A stretch of 64,000 nt of DNA from Candidatus Heimdallarchaeota archaeon. GTDB taxonomy: Archaea > Asgardarchaeota > Heimdallarchaeia > Heimdallarchaeales > Heimdallarchaeaceae. Position numbers and translations under genes: made by a program. Where the stretch lies: assembly GCA_030668825.1 (NCBI GenBank), contig DAOVET010000001.1, positions 42,634 to 106,633 of the forward strand. Direction: 5' to 3'. Shown here one piece after another: positions 20,080 to 29,473 of this stretch. Numbering within the stretch: position 1 is the stretch's first letter; each line of letters starts with the position of its first letter. The notes under the pieces were generated by a model. The model saw nothing but the letters and a program-made list of their open reading frames with translations, was not told where the DNA came from and made no database searches.

Positions 20080-20092
20080 ATTATATTCGTCT

Positions 20093-20422
20093 CAAGAAGT
20101 TTTCAGACAAATCAGAAGTAAATATTTCTTTGGAAGCAAAGGTGCTTTAGCTATTTGTGATGCCTCTAATTCTGAATCTTTTAAGAATATCCCCTCGTGG
20201 GTTGAATCTTTTAAAAAGGAAGTGGGAGATAAGCCTATCATTTTTCTAGCAAATAAATGTGATTTGAAGGATCAACAAGTCACTGAGGATGACATGAAAC
20301 AATTGGTTAAGGATTACAGTAACACTGAATATCTGTATTCCTCTGCAAAAGATGGAACAAATGCTGAAAAAGCTTTCATCAACTTAACCAGACTTATGGT
20401 TGCTGAAGAAGATATAGTATAG
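20093..20422 (+). pseudogene. Orphan 3' half of the Rab-like GTPase (lacks G1, G2 and DxxG)
   Basis: QEVFRQIRSKYFFG...NKCD...SAK...VAEEDIV; 84/109 aa identical to the region encoded at 1094-1420. Confidence 0.9.
20120..20163 (+). repeat. Direct repeat, right copy (candidate attR core)
   Basis: 43/44 identical to 1121-1164. Confidence 0.75.
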
Positions 20423-20606
20423 TTATTTGAATAATTCTCTTAATCCGTTTGAGCTTCTTTCTTTATAAGGTTCAAAGCAAGAGTGATTTCCCAAAAAAAC
20501 CTAATTCTTATAGTTTATCCATAAATTTCTGAAAATCACTAATCTAAGAAACCTTTTTATTATTGAAGGAGAGTTTTATTTTTGAGAATCTAAAAGGCGA
20601 ACAACA

Positions 20607-22427
20607 ATGAAAAAAAGTATCCTAATTTTTATCTGTCTTTTTCTTTTCTTACCTTCTATTACTCAAATTAATGCTCAAAATCCAGATCCATTTTTCTCTC
20701 TTTCTTTCCTAACTCCAAATACTTCAACTGAAAGAATTGAATGGTCAGAGCTAATAGCTCAAGAGCTTGGACAAATAGGTGTTGAAGTTAATTTGAACAA
20801 TATTACTGGCTGGTCTGGAATTGGTTCCAGAACTTGGGGTTATCCATTAATTGATTATGACTACATACCACCTTATGATGAAGGCGGCTACGATGTATTA
20901 TTTATGGGATGGAATGATTATTTTGATTGGAATCCCGAAGCCTGGTTTGCTTCAGAAAGTATAGTACCTTATGGTGATAATTTCTATCAATACAACAATA
21001 CTCAGTTTGACCAAAAACTAACTGAATATCTTTTAGAAGCTAATATCACTACTAGAATTGAAAAAGGGAAAGAACTACAAGGTATTATTTATGAAGATCA
21101 ACCCGCTATAGGAATTGTATACTTAAAACATGTCTATGGATTCAATGAAAATATAGTAGGTATGGATACTACTCTGTTCGGTCAAGCTTCTGATCAAACT
21201 CAGTTTTGGGATGTTCCGAGTGATCACAATCTTACTTTTGTTTCTCCCACAGTTTTTTACGACAATAATATCTTTCGTGCCAGTTCATACTTTGATGCAC
21301 AATGGATGCAAGCTGTTTATGGTTCTTTATTAAGAAGATCTCAAAATTCTCATCTTTTTGAACCTGAAATTGCAAAAAATATTTCATATACTCCAATAAT
21401 CAACGATGAAATCAACATTACAGTTTTCCTTGATCCAAATGCTAAATTCAGTGATTTAAGTCCAGTATTACCCTCTGATGTAAAATACAGCTATGAATTA
21501 TATATGACTCCCGAAGTAAATTCAGATCGTTACGGAGAATTTGCTTTTGGCTATTTTGAAAGCCTTGATTCAATTGAAATAATTGGACCAGATGTTTCTG
21601 GAGGACAATTATTATTCAAAATGAAAGTAATAGATTACTATTGGATGAATGCTTTTGATGCTGGTATTATAGATAAGAGTGAAGTTGAACCTCTTATCTC
21701 AACCTATGGTTATAATATCTTCTGGGAACCTCCAGGCACAGGTAACGTAGGTTGGTCTCTTGTCAAATCCTGCGGACCATTTGTTGTAGACAAATATAAT
21801 CCTACACTAAATATCGTAAACCTAAAAACACAACCGTACTGGGTAAATCTAATAGCTTCAGGTGGAAGTCCTGCAAAACTCTCCGAGTTAAATTTCAAAC
21901 ATATTCCTACAAAAGAGGCTGCATTTGGGGAATTGTTAACTGGAGAAGCTGATATAATAGACCGTTACTACTATTACCCCTTAAGTATTTTTGAAGATTT
22001 TTCTGGAATTATTGGTATAAAAGCAAAATCTCTGAGTCACCAACAATTAGCTATCAATATGAAACACCCAATAATTGGAACAGGAGAGTTGACACCAATT
22101 GGATTAGCTGGAGCAGCTAGAAATATTAGAAAAGCAATAAGTTGTTCAATCCCACGAGATTATATAGCCGCTAATGCTACATCTCAATCTCAATATAATT
22201 ATAGTTATGATCCAGGAATCCTTCCTATTTCTGAAGCAATAGTTGGATTTCTTGATAGTCTTCAGCCTTATCCTTATGATATAAATATGGCAAGGTTATT
22301 TATGGAACTAGCCGGATATGTTATCACAATAAAAGAATTCAGCAACATAAATATTTTCTTAATAACAGTTGTAGGTTTATGTTCTATACTACTAATAAGA
22401 AGGAGAAAGAATAGTAAAAATTGTTAG
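20607..22427 (+). CDS. ABC transporter substrate-binding protein, family 5 (peptide/nickel-type), membrane anchored
   Basis: AKFSD..PV..SDVKYSY, GPF, IRKAIS..I.R and YDINMAR motifs; signal peptide and C-terminal TM plus basic tail. Confidence 0.85.
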   Translation: MKKSILIFICLFLFLPSITQINAQNPDPFFSLSFLTPNTSTERIEWSELIAQELGQIGVEVNLNNITGWSGIGSRTWGYPLIDYDYIPPYDEGGYDVLFMGWNDYFDWNPEAWFASESIVPYGDNFYQYNNTQFDQKLTEYLLEANITTRIEKGKELQGIIYEDQPAIGIVYLKHVYGFNENIVGMDTTLFGQASDQTQFWDVPSDHNLTFVSPTVFYDNNIFRASSYFDAQWMQAVYGSLLRRSQNSHLFEPEIAKNISYTPIINDEINITVFLDPNAKFSDLSPVLPSDVKYSYELYMTPEVNSDRYGEFAFGYFESLDSIEIIGPDVSGGQLLFKMKVIDYYWMNAFDAGIIDKSEVEPLISTYGYNIFWEPPGTGNVGWSLVKSCGPFVVDKYNPTLNIVNLKTQPYWVNLIASGGSPAKLSELNFKHIPTKEAAFGELLTGEADIIDRYYYYPLSIFEDFSGIIGIKAKSLSHQQLAINMKHPIIGTGELTPIGLAGAARNIRKAISCSIPRDYIAANATSQSQYNYSYDPGILPISEAIVGFLDSLQPYPYDINMARLFMELAGYVITIKEFSNINIFLITVVGLCSILLIRRRKNSKNC

Positions 22428-22482
22428 AGAATAATGATATCCATATTATAGAAAAAGGACCTAGCTTAGTGTAGCGATTTAG

Positions 22483-22962
22483 CTAATCATCTATTTCTAT
22501 TTCTTTTCTTAATTGATACAATGCGAGTGTTATTTCTCCTAAGCAACCCAGTTCATTCCCTTTATCAAAGTAAACTGAAATGCCTTTATCTAGCTCTTGT
22601 TTAGTTAAACCAGGTTCAGATCCACCAAATATTAGCAAAATATTTTTTCCTTTATTATAAGAAGCAGCTATTTTTTCTGGATTAAAGATTTCTTTTGAAA
22701 AAGGTTGTTTGATAAAGAGATAAACCTCATCAGGTTGGCACAATTCAACAGAATCATCAATATCTTGCAAATATAGAAGGTTAGCTTTTTTTGAATGAAC
22801 TAGCTTTTGTGCAACTGGTACTCCACTTGTTGCAGCAGTTCCTGATGCCTTAGAAAGGACTATATCTCTTGCCCCTAATCCCAATGCTATTTTGACGAAT
22901 TCTCTACAGTAATTAACACTACTGAAATTGTGTAATTGAACAATTATTTTCCCGGAGCTCAT
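22483..22962 (-). CDS. Archaeal SPOUT/SpoU-like protein (DUF2122-type)
   Basis: LHNFSS...SKASGTAATSGVP.AQKL and FGGSEPGLT..EL motifs. Confidence 0.7.
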   Translation of the reverse strand: MSSGKIIVQLHNFSSVNYCREFVKIALGLGARDIVLSKASGTAATSGVPVAQKLVHSKKANLLYLQDIDDSVELCQPDEVYLFIKQPFSKEIFNPEKIAASYNKGKNILLIFGGSEPGLTKQELDKGISVYFDKGNELGCLGEITLALYQLRKEIEIDD

Positions 22963-23060
22963 TGTTTAGAGAAAATCGTGCCACTAAAAAAGGATAGCTA
23001 TTCCTCTTTTAGTATTCTACGACAATTTTTAAAAACAAAGATGTAAAATAAACATTAATT

Positions 23061-23135
23061 GCCCCGATAGTATAGCGGCTAGTATTGTGGATTGTGGCTC
23101 CATAGAGGCAGGTTCGAATCTTGCTCGGGGCACCA
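23061..23135 (+). tRNA. tRNA-His (GTG), intronless, CCA encoded
   Basis: Acceptor GCCCCGA/TCGGGGC; anticodon arm GTGGA-TTGTGGC-TCCAT; T arm GCAGG-TTCGAAT-CTTGC; ends ACCA; TTTTAAAA ~30 bp upstream and a T-run downstream. Confidence 0.93.
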
Positions 23136-23214
23136 GCTTTTTTTTTATTAACTCTGTAGTAAATGAGGAAGATTTAAAGAAGAGTTATCATTGATACAAT
23201 ATCAAGGTGAAAAT

Positions 23215-23685
23215 ATGCCGTGGGTTGATGAAGTCATCATGGGTGGAACTTTTGACCATCTTCATCAAGGGCACAAGGCACTTTTGGAAGCCGCTTTAAG
23301 TTTTGGAAAATTAATCCGTATTGGTTTAACTAATGATAAATTTGCTAAGAGTCTTAGACGGTCTGATCGAAATTTGGACTTAATGCAAACATTTGATATA
23401 AGAAAAAGAGAATTGCAAAAATATCTGGAAAAAAGAGGTTGTACAGATTTTGAAATTATTGAAATTGATCATAGATATGGTTTCGCTTTGGATGCAAAAA
23501 ATGCTGAAGGAATAGTAGTAACAGAAGAAACCTATCCAACGGCTGTTGATATCAATAAACTTAGACCATTAAGTGGTATGGATCAATTACTAATTTTGGT
23601 GATTCCTTTTGTTTATGATGAACAAGGAATAATTATAAGCTCAAGAAGAATAAGACAACAACTAGCTGAAGTTAAAGAGAATTAG
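23215..23685 (+). CDS. coaD: Archaeal-type phosphopantetheine adenylyltransferase
   Basis: GGTFDHLHQGH, IGLTND, IVVTEET and ISSRRIR motifs; ATG at 23215 after aaggtga. Confidence 0.85.
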   Translation: MPWVDEVIMGGTFDHLHQGHKALLEAALSFGKLIRIGLTNDKFAKSLRRSDRNLDLMQTFDIRKRELQKYLEKRGCTDFEIIEIDHRYGFALDAKNAEGIVVTEETYPTAVDINKLRPLSGMDQLLILVIPFVYDEQGIIISSRRIRQQLAEVKEN

Positions 23686-23705
23686 AAAAGTTTGTTTTGG
23701 AATTT

Positions 23706-24236
23706 TTAATCTCTAGCTTCAATTCCCTGAAGAATTTCCTCTCCCATTACAATAAATGCATTTCCAACATTGATTCCATTTTTAGCAGAAGTTTCAATAA
23801 AACCGATACATCCAGAATCTTTTGCGTACTTCTTACCTTCTTCTGTAGAAACATCTCGCAAATCTTCAAGATCATTTTTGTTACCTACAAGCATGAGCAT
23901 AATTCGAGGACTCTCTGTTCTGGCTTCTCGAATCCAAGTATCCAGATTTTCAAAGGACTGGCGACGAGTAATATCATAAGTTACTAATGCTCCTAAACTG
24001 CCTTTAAAGAAAATTTGACGCATTGATGCGAACCTATCTTGTCCAGCAATATCCCAAAGCTGCAAACAAATTCGAGTATCTTTAATTGTCTCAAATCGGC
24101 TGTAGGGTTCCATTCCTATTGTCATGAGGTATCCTGACTGAAATTTATTATGAATGAATCTCTGGACTAAACTTGTCTTCCCTACTGCACCGTCTCCTAG
24201 TAAAAGAATCTTGAATGTATACTTGTAGCTTGCCAT
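23706..24236 (-). CDS. Rab-like small GTPase
   Basis: GDGAVGKT, WDIAGQDRF, GNKND, ETSAK. Confidence 0.95.
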   Translation of the reverse strand: MASYKYTFKILLLGDGAVGKTSLVQRFIHNKFQSGYLMTIGMEPYSRFETIKDTRICLQLWDIAGQDRFASMRQIFFKGSLGALVTYDITRRQSFENLDTWIREARTESPRIMLMLVGNKNDLEDLRDVSTEEGKKYAKDSGCIGFIETSAKNGINVGNAFIVMGEEILQGIEARD

Positions 24237-24445
24237 TTACTATTCAAAAGACTCGATAACCTTATTGTTTATAATTATTTTGATGTTTCCCGTCTTGTTC
24301 TTTGAAATAATAATCTAATAATTTAAATCAGTGCTGCATTCAACAGTAGAATCACGCATTTCTCAACAATGATTAACAAGTTGATGTTTCATGTCACATT
24401 GAAGAAACTTTTTAACGCTTTGAATTTTTCTAATTTTAGTCCAAA

Positions 24446-26383
24446 ATGATAGACTCAAACAATCTAGATTTTAAAAAATTAGGCTTTCATGCGGGTTTGG
24501 AAGTTCACCATCATATAAAATCTAAACGTAAACTTTTTTGTAATTGTCCCACTATTCTTGAGGAAGATCCAGAAAATATGGAATACAGTTTTTATAGATA
24601 TTTTCGACCAGTTCTTGGCGAGATGGGAGACTTCGACCCAGGTATGCTTGTAGAATTCGAAAAAGGGTACAAAGTAATTTATCTTGCTAATGAAAGAAAT
24701 ACTTGCACTTATGAAATGGATGAAACCCCTCCGTTTTTCCCCGATATGGAAGCTATTGAGAAGGGTTATATTCTCTCCGAATACTTCCATTGTACATCAT
24801 TTGCTGAAGAAATTGTGGTAAATAGAAAACAGTATTTGGATGGTTCTATTACCACTGGATTTCAGAGAACTTTTATTTCCGCAAGAGATGGTTGGGTACC
24901 TGTAAATGGTAAGAAAGTTCGAATAACGAATTTGTATATTGAAGAAGATGCAGCACGCAGAGTTAATTGGGATGATACTTCTAGTCGAACAGTGTACTTT
25001 AACCTAGATAGGTTGGGTTTTCCTCTAACTGAAGTAATTACAGAGTATACAGATGTTGAAACTCCCGAGGAATTGATAGAAACAGCAAAACAGATTGGAC
25101 GAGTTTTAAGAATAAGTAAAATTGGACGAAGAGGTTTGGGTACAGCTCGACAAGATGTAAATATTAGTATTACTGGTGGAAACCGAGTTGAGATTAAGGG
25201 AGTTCAAGATTTAGATCTGTTTGATTTAATGTGTCGTAATGAAGTAGTAAGACAGCATACTCTGATAGAAATAAAGGAGGAAATGCTTAAACGAGGAATT
25301 ACTAAAGATGATTTCGAACACACATACGTTGATGTTTCTCATCTTTTCGAATCTGAAACTAAATACTTTGCAGTTATTTGTCCAAAAATGAAAGGACTAT
25401 TTGGACTCGAAGTTCAGCTTAACAAAGATTTTGGCTTGGAAATTTTTGAAAAAAGTATGTTAATATCTGGTGTTCATAGAGCGGATCAATACCATAGTGA
25501 TGAATTTGAGGATGAATCCATTAGAAGAAATTCAGATTATCCTAGTAAATTGGAAATCGACAAGCAACTCTATGAGAAACTATGTTCAATTCTAAATCCG
25601 AAGGAAAATGATGCATTTGTTGTTGTGAAAGGCTCAGAAAAACAATCTATGCACGCTTTAAAGAAAATTATAGAAAGAATAAAGATGGCACTGGATGGAG
25701 TTCCACAAGAAACCAGAAGATTTATTCGAAATGGTAACTCTGAATTTCTAAGAGTCATTCATGGAAAGGATAGAATCTACCCAGACACTGATACTCCCCC
25801 TGTTGTAATCTCTTTAGATAAAATTGAAAAGATAACTAGAAATATAGGAAGACGACCTTGGGAGGTTTTTGAGGAACTTAATTCAAAATATGGTTTCAGC
25901 CAAAATAAAGTTGATCTTCTCATTCGAGATGAGCAACTGGACAGTTTCTACAGATTTACTGCAGAGCTTAACATGAACGCTCATTTAGCTTATAAGCTTC
26001 TGATTGATATCCCAAGAGAAAATAGAAGAAAAGATGTTATTATCAATGAAGAAATAATAGAAAGAATTGCAGATTTGTTAGCATCAGAGACTATTATACC
26101 CGAACAATTAGATCAAGTTATTTCGCTTCTCTCTAAAAACAAACATCTAACAGAAGAAGAACTAATAGATCAACTAAATATCAAAGAAATATCAAATGAA
26201 GAATTGGCAACAATTGTTAAACAAAAAATAGATTTTATTGGAAAGGATAAAATACAAACATCAGAAGATGAACAAAGATATCTCCCAAAGATTGTTGCTC
26301 TAGTTTTAAAAGAATGTAACTATTCAATCAAAGGACAAACGGTAGTGAATCTTGTTAATTCATTCATAAAGGAGGTAATCTAG
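24446..26383 (+). CDS. gatE: Glu-tRNA(Gln) amidotransferase subunit E
   Basis: GLEVH..KLFC.CP, RKQYLDGS..TGFQRT, EEDAAR, LDRLG.PL.E, RQDVN.SI, YPDTD.PP; adjacent to gatD. Confidence 0.95.
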   Translation: MIDSNNLDFKKLGFHAGLEVHHHIKSKRKLFCNCPTILEEDPENMEYSFYRYFRPVLGEMGDFDPGMLVEFEKGYKVIYLANERNTCTYEMDETPPFFPDMEAIEKGYILSEYFHCTSFAEEIVVNRKQYLDGSITTGFQRTFISARDGWVPVNGKKVRITNLYIEEDAARRVNWDDTSSRTVYFNLDRLGFPLTEVITEYTDVETPEELIETAKQIGRVLRISKIGRRGLGTARQDVNISITGGNRVEIKGVQDLDLFDLMCRNEVVRQHTLIEIKEEMLKRGITKDDFEHTYVDVSHLFESETKYFAVICPKMKGLFGLEVQLNKDFGLEIFEKSMLISGVHRADQYHSDEFEDESIRRNSDYPSKLEIDKQLYEKLCSILNPKENDAFVVVKGSEKQSMHALKKIIERIKMALDGVPQETRRFIRNGNSEFLRVIHGKDRIYPDTDTPPVVISLDKIEKITRNIGRRPWEVFEELNSKYGFSQNKVDLLIRDEQLDSFYRFTAELNMNAHLAYKLLIDIPRENRRKDVIINEEIIERIADLLASETIIPEQLDQVISLLSKNKHLTEEELIDQLNIKEISNEELATIVKQKIDFIGKDKIQTSEDEQRYLPKIVALVLKECNYSIKGQTVVNLVNSFIKEVI

Positions 26384-27775
26384 ATGGTAGAAGAAAATAC
26401 TATTTATGATCCAGAGGGATATAGAGGAACCTTAAGAGAACGTTTGATTAAGGATAAAATCAGAACTTGGAGCAAAGTTTCTGTGAAAAAGGGTGAGGCA
26501 CATTACGAGGGACTTTTACTTCCTCGAAGCCAGCATACAGATGATGATTACGTTACACTTAAAGTAGATACTGGATACAATCTAGGTATATTAGTTGATG
26601 AGGAAACAGATATCCAAGAAATTGGTTATCAGAAAGGTCATTATAAGCTTCCTCACGTTGATGTAGAATTCAAGAAAGAACTTCCAAATGTTACTCTTCT
26701 AGGAACAGGTGGAACAGTTGCTTCAAGATTAGATTACCGCACTGGAGCAGTACTACCAGCTTTTACTCCCGAAGAGTTATTTTCAGCGGTTCCAGAATTG
26801 ACCTCTACCGTCAATCTGACTCCTAAAACTCTCTATCAGATTCTAAGTGAAAATTTCAGACCTGAATATTGGGTTAAAACAGCAGAATCAATAGCTAAGG
26901 AAATAGAATCAGGAGCTAATGGTATAATCATTGGTCATGGAACTGATACAATGTGCGTCACTGGTTGTGCACTGGCTTATTTCTTAAGAAATCTACCAGT
27001 ACCCGTTGTTCTTGTAGGTAGTCAAAGAAGTTCAGATCGACCATCATCCGATGGACCTAGAAATATTCTCTACGCTGCACAACTAGCTGGTTATGAGAAT
27101 TTTGCTGAAGTTGTCATATCAATGCATGGTACTCCTAGTGACAGTTATAATCTGGTTCATAGAGCCACTCGATGCAGAAAAATGCACTCAGCACGTCGTG
27201 ATACCTTTCGAAGTTTGAGTGACATACCTTTAGGTAAAATAGATGATAGTGGTACTACCTGGTTCAAGGATGATATTAAAACTCGTTCAAATCCAGAAGA
27301 TTTCTATCTTGATGCTAAGATTGATAGTCGAGTTGGAATGCTCTATTTTTATCCAGGCATGAATCCCGATCTTTTAGAATCTATGGTTGACTTAGGATAT
27401 CATGGGGTTATAGTAATAGGTACTGGATTGGCACATGTAGGAACAGATGTTTATCCTGCCTTAGAGAGATGTAAAGAAGAAGAAATACCTGTAGTAATGG
27501 TAGTTGAACCATTGTATGGTTTTGCACAGTTACGTGTCTATGAGACAGGAAGAGATATGCTAGCACGGGGAGTCATCGAAGGAGAAAATATGCTTCCATC
27601 AGCTGCATATACCAAATTAATCTGGGCACTTGGACATACTAGAAATCTTGAAGAAGTAAGAGACATCATGCTTACTCCTATAGCCGGAGAAATAACAAAT
27701 AGAGAAAGTCCTAGAGGTTTTATGATAATGCAAGGAATTGAACCAGGGATAGACCAGATACTGAAGAATCTTTAA
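26384..27775 (+). CDS. gatD: Glu-tRNA(Gln) amidotransferase subunit D
   Basis: TGGTVASRLDYRTGAV, HGTDTM, GSQRSSDRPSSD and RKMHS.RRD.F motifs; ggagg RBS. Confidence 0.95.
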   Translation: MVEENTIYDPEGYRGTLRERLIKDKIRTWSKVSVKKGEAHYEGLLLPRSQHTDDDYVTLKVDTGYNLGILVDEETDIQEIGYQKGHYKLPHVDVEFKKELPNVTLLGTGGTVASRLDYRTGAVLPAFTPEELFSAVPELTSTVNLTPKTLYQILSENFRPEYWVKTAESIAKEIESGANGIIIGHGTDTMCVTGCALAYFLRNLPVPVVLVGSQRSSDRPSSDGPRNILYAAQLAGYENFAEVVISMHGTPSDSYNLVHRATRCRKMHSARRDTFRSLSDIPLGKIDDSGTTWFKDDIKTRSNPEDFYLDAKIDSRVGMLYFYPGMNPDLLESMVDLGYHGVIVIGTGLAHVGTDVYPALERCKEEEIPVVMVVEPLYGFAQLRVYETGRDMLARGVIEGENMLPSAAYTKLIWALGHTRNLEEVRDIMLTPIAGEITNRESPRGFMIMQGIEPGIDQILKNL

Positions 27776-27835
27776 TATCCCTTCCTTTTGTTATGTTCCA
27801 AAGCTTTTTAGATTTCAACAAAATCTGTCTTAACA

Positions 27836-29188
27836 ATGCTCATTAGCAACTACGATATACGGCTATTTTACAGATGCCCAATGTTATTTTATCTAAGTAA
27901 GTTTGGTCCTGAGCAGGAAAAAGATGTACATCCCATTTTGGGAAGAAGTAGAGATAGATCTAAACATCATATAACCTCAGAAGAAGAAATAAGAGAAAAA
28001 GCTGAGCAAACAAAGGCAAGAATGATCCAAGGAAAATCTCAAATTAGTCAGGGCTGGATTCTAGCAGAAAATTTATCCTCCAGAATTGATCGTTTGAAAA
28101 AGATAGACTTGGAAGGTTCTTTTGGTTCGTATTCATATATCCCAATTCTATTAAGAAATGTAAAATATTTAAGAAAACCAATAATTATGGAAGGAGTTTA
28201 TGCTGCTTATGTTTGTTCACTCTTTCAAGAAGCTAAAATCGATTATTTTCAGATTTATAGAGATAATGAATATGAAACTCATTCGACAGAGAATTTGATA
28301 GATGAATTAAAAGAAGATATAGATAAAATCAACAAAATACTTGCTGGTGAGTTAAAGATATCTCCAAATTATACAAGAAGTTGTAGAGTATGTGAATGGA
28401 GAAAGTATTGCAAAAAGCTTGTTGCTGATAGTTTGGATGTCACATTAATTAGTGGAATTGGAAAACGTATTAAAAAGCAGCTACTTGATTATGGAATTAC
28501 TGATGTTCCAAGTTTAGCTCAAGCAGATTTAACTGATTTAAAAATGGAAAATGTAAGTAAGAAAGAACTAGAATATCTTGTACTTCAGGCTCAATCGTTA
28601 GTAGATAAAAAAGAAAAAATAAGAGACAAAATTGTTTTTCCTTCTTCTTCCTACGAACTTTATGTAGATATAGAGGGGTCTTCTCATCATAACTTTGTTT
28701 GGATTATTGGTTGTCTGCTAAGGAAAGGAACTGAACATAGATACCTTCATTTCTTAGCTGAATCGCCACAAAAAGAGGAACAAATGTTTAGATCATTTTT
28801 GAAGTTTCTAGAAGAACTAGATGGTGATTTCACACTCTACCATTGGTCATTAGCTGAACCACAATACTTTCAGAATTTAGCATCTAAATACTCAATTAAA
28901 TCAAAAAGGATAGCTGCCCTGATACACAGCTCCTTTGACTTATTTCCAGTTTTCAAGAATAAAATAATACTTCCTGTATATACCTACACTTTGAAAGATG
29001 TTGCAAACTGGCTAGGTTTTGAATGGTTTGATCCACTAGTCGATGGAGCCACTAGTATAATACTTTTCGACAAATGGTATTTACATAATGACAGAGAAGC
29101 TCTGCATAAAGCTATCTCTTACAACTCTGACGATTGCAAGGCTTTACTCATTATCAAAGATTATCTGACCAAAAAAATCTCACAGTAA
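27836..29188 (+). CDS. TM0106-family RecB/Cas4-like protein with HhH and C-terminal RNase H-like domain
   Basis: N-terminal CP, CxxCxWxxxC cluster, LISGIG HhH, YVDIEG...YTLKDVA..LGFEW...YNSDDC. Confidence 0.85.
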   Translation: MLISNYDIRLFYRCPMLFYLSKFGPEQEKDVHPILGRSRDRSKHHITSEEEIREKAEQTKARMIQGKSQISQGWILAENLSSRIDRLKKIDLEGSFGSYSYIPILLRNVKYLRKPIIMEGVYAAYVCSLFQEAKIDYFQIYRDNEYETHSTENLIDELKEDIDKINKILAGELKISPNYTRSCRVCEWRKYCKKLVADSLDVTLISGIGKRIKKQLLDYGITDVPSLAQADLTDLKMENVSKKELEYLVLQAQSLVDKKEKIRDKIVFPSSSYELYVDIEGSSHHNFVWIIGCLLRKGTEHRYLHFLAESPQKEEQMFRSFLKFLEELDGDFTLYHWSLAEPQYFQNLASKYSIKSKRIAALIHSSFDLFPVFKNKIILPVYTYTLKDVANWLGFEWFDPLVDGATSIILFDKWYLHNDREALHKAISYNSDDCKALLIIKDYLTKKISQ

Positions 29189-29228
29189 AAGGTTTCTTCT
29201 ACGATAACAGGAAAATTCAAAACATATC

Positions 29229-29414
29229 CGTTTCAAGGGTTCAAATAGAGAAAGAAGAGGCCAAATACTCAAGTTTGTCCCTAAAAACAAAGAAGCATCA
29301 CTTACAGATTTAAGAAAACTTCTAAGTACAAATAAAACTCATCTGGACGCAATTTTAGAGGAAATGATTAAAGAGGGACTTCTAACCAAAACTAAAGGTA
29401 ATTACTCTGTCTAG
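29229..29414 (+). pseudogene. Start-less remnant resembling the C-terminus of MutY-like adenine glycosylases
   Basis: Manual translation RFKGSNRERRGQILKFV...LEEMIKEGLL...YSV*; in-frame stop a few codons upstream, no start codon. Confidence 0.55.
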
Positions 29415-29473
29415 TGGGTAATTATTTCCTTTAGCAAAAACATATATTAGCTGGTAGATTAGAGTGATATGAA

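Larger units (their letters stand above)
1121..20163. mobile_element. Putative ~19.0 kb integrated element/genomic island inserted in the small GTPase gene
   Basis: Bounded by a duplicated 3' half of the GTPase (offset 18,999 bp). Cargo is nucleases, virus-like small ORFs and surface proteins; housekeeping-type genes resume after 20422. No integrase recognised. Confidence 0.7.

Noticed and set aside
20003-20092. N-terminal 30 aa (MTSLLSSAVTNL...) of the 139-aa ORF as a real alternative GTPase N-terminus
   Set aside because: It is an off-frame reading of the G4-containing relic plus spacer, with a TTG start and no P-loop; GTPase homology begins only at 20093.
23061-23135. tRNA-His as the island's integration site
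   Set aside because: No duplicated tRNA 3' end found, and it is flanked by housekeeping genes.
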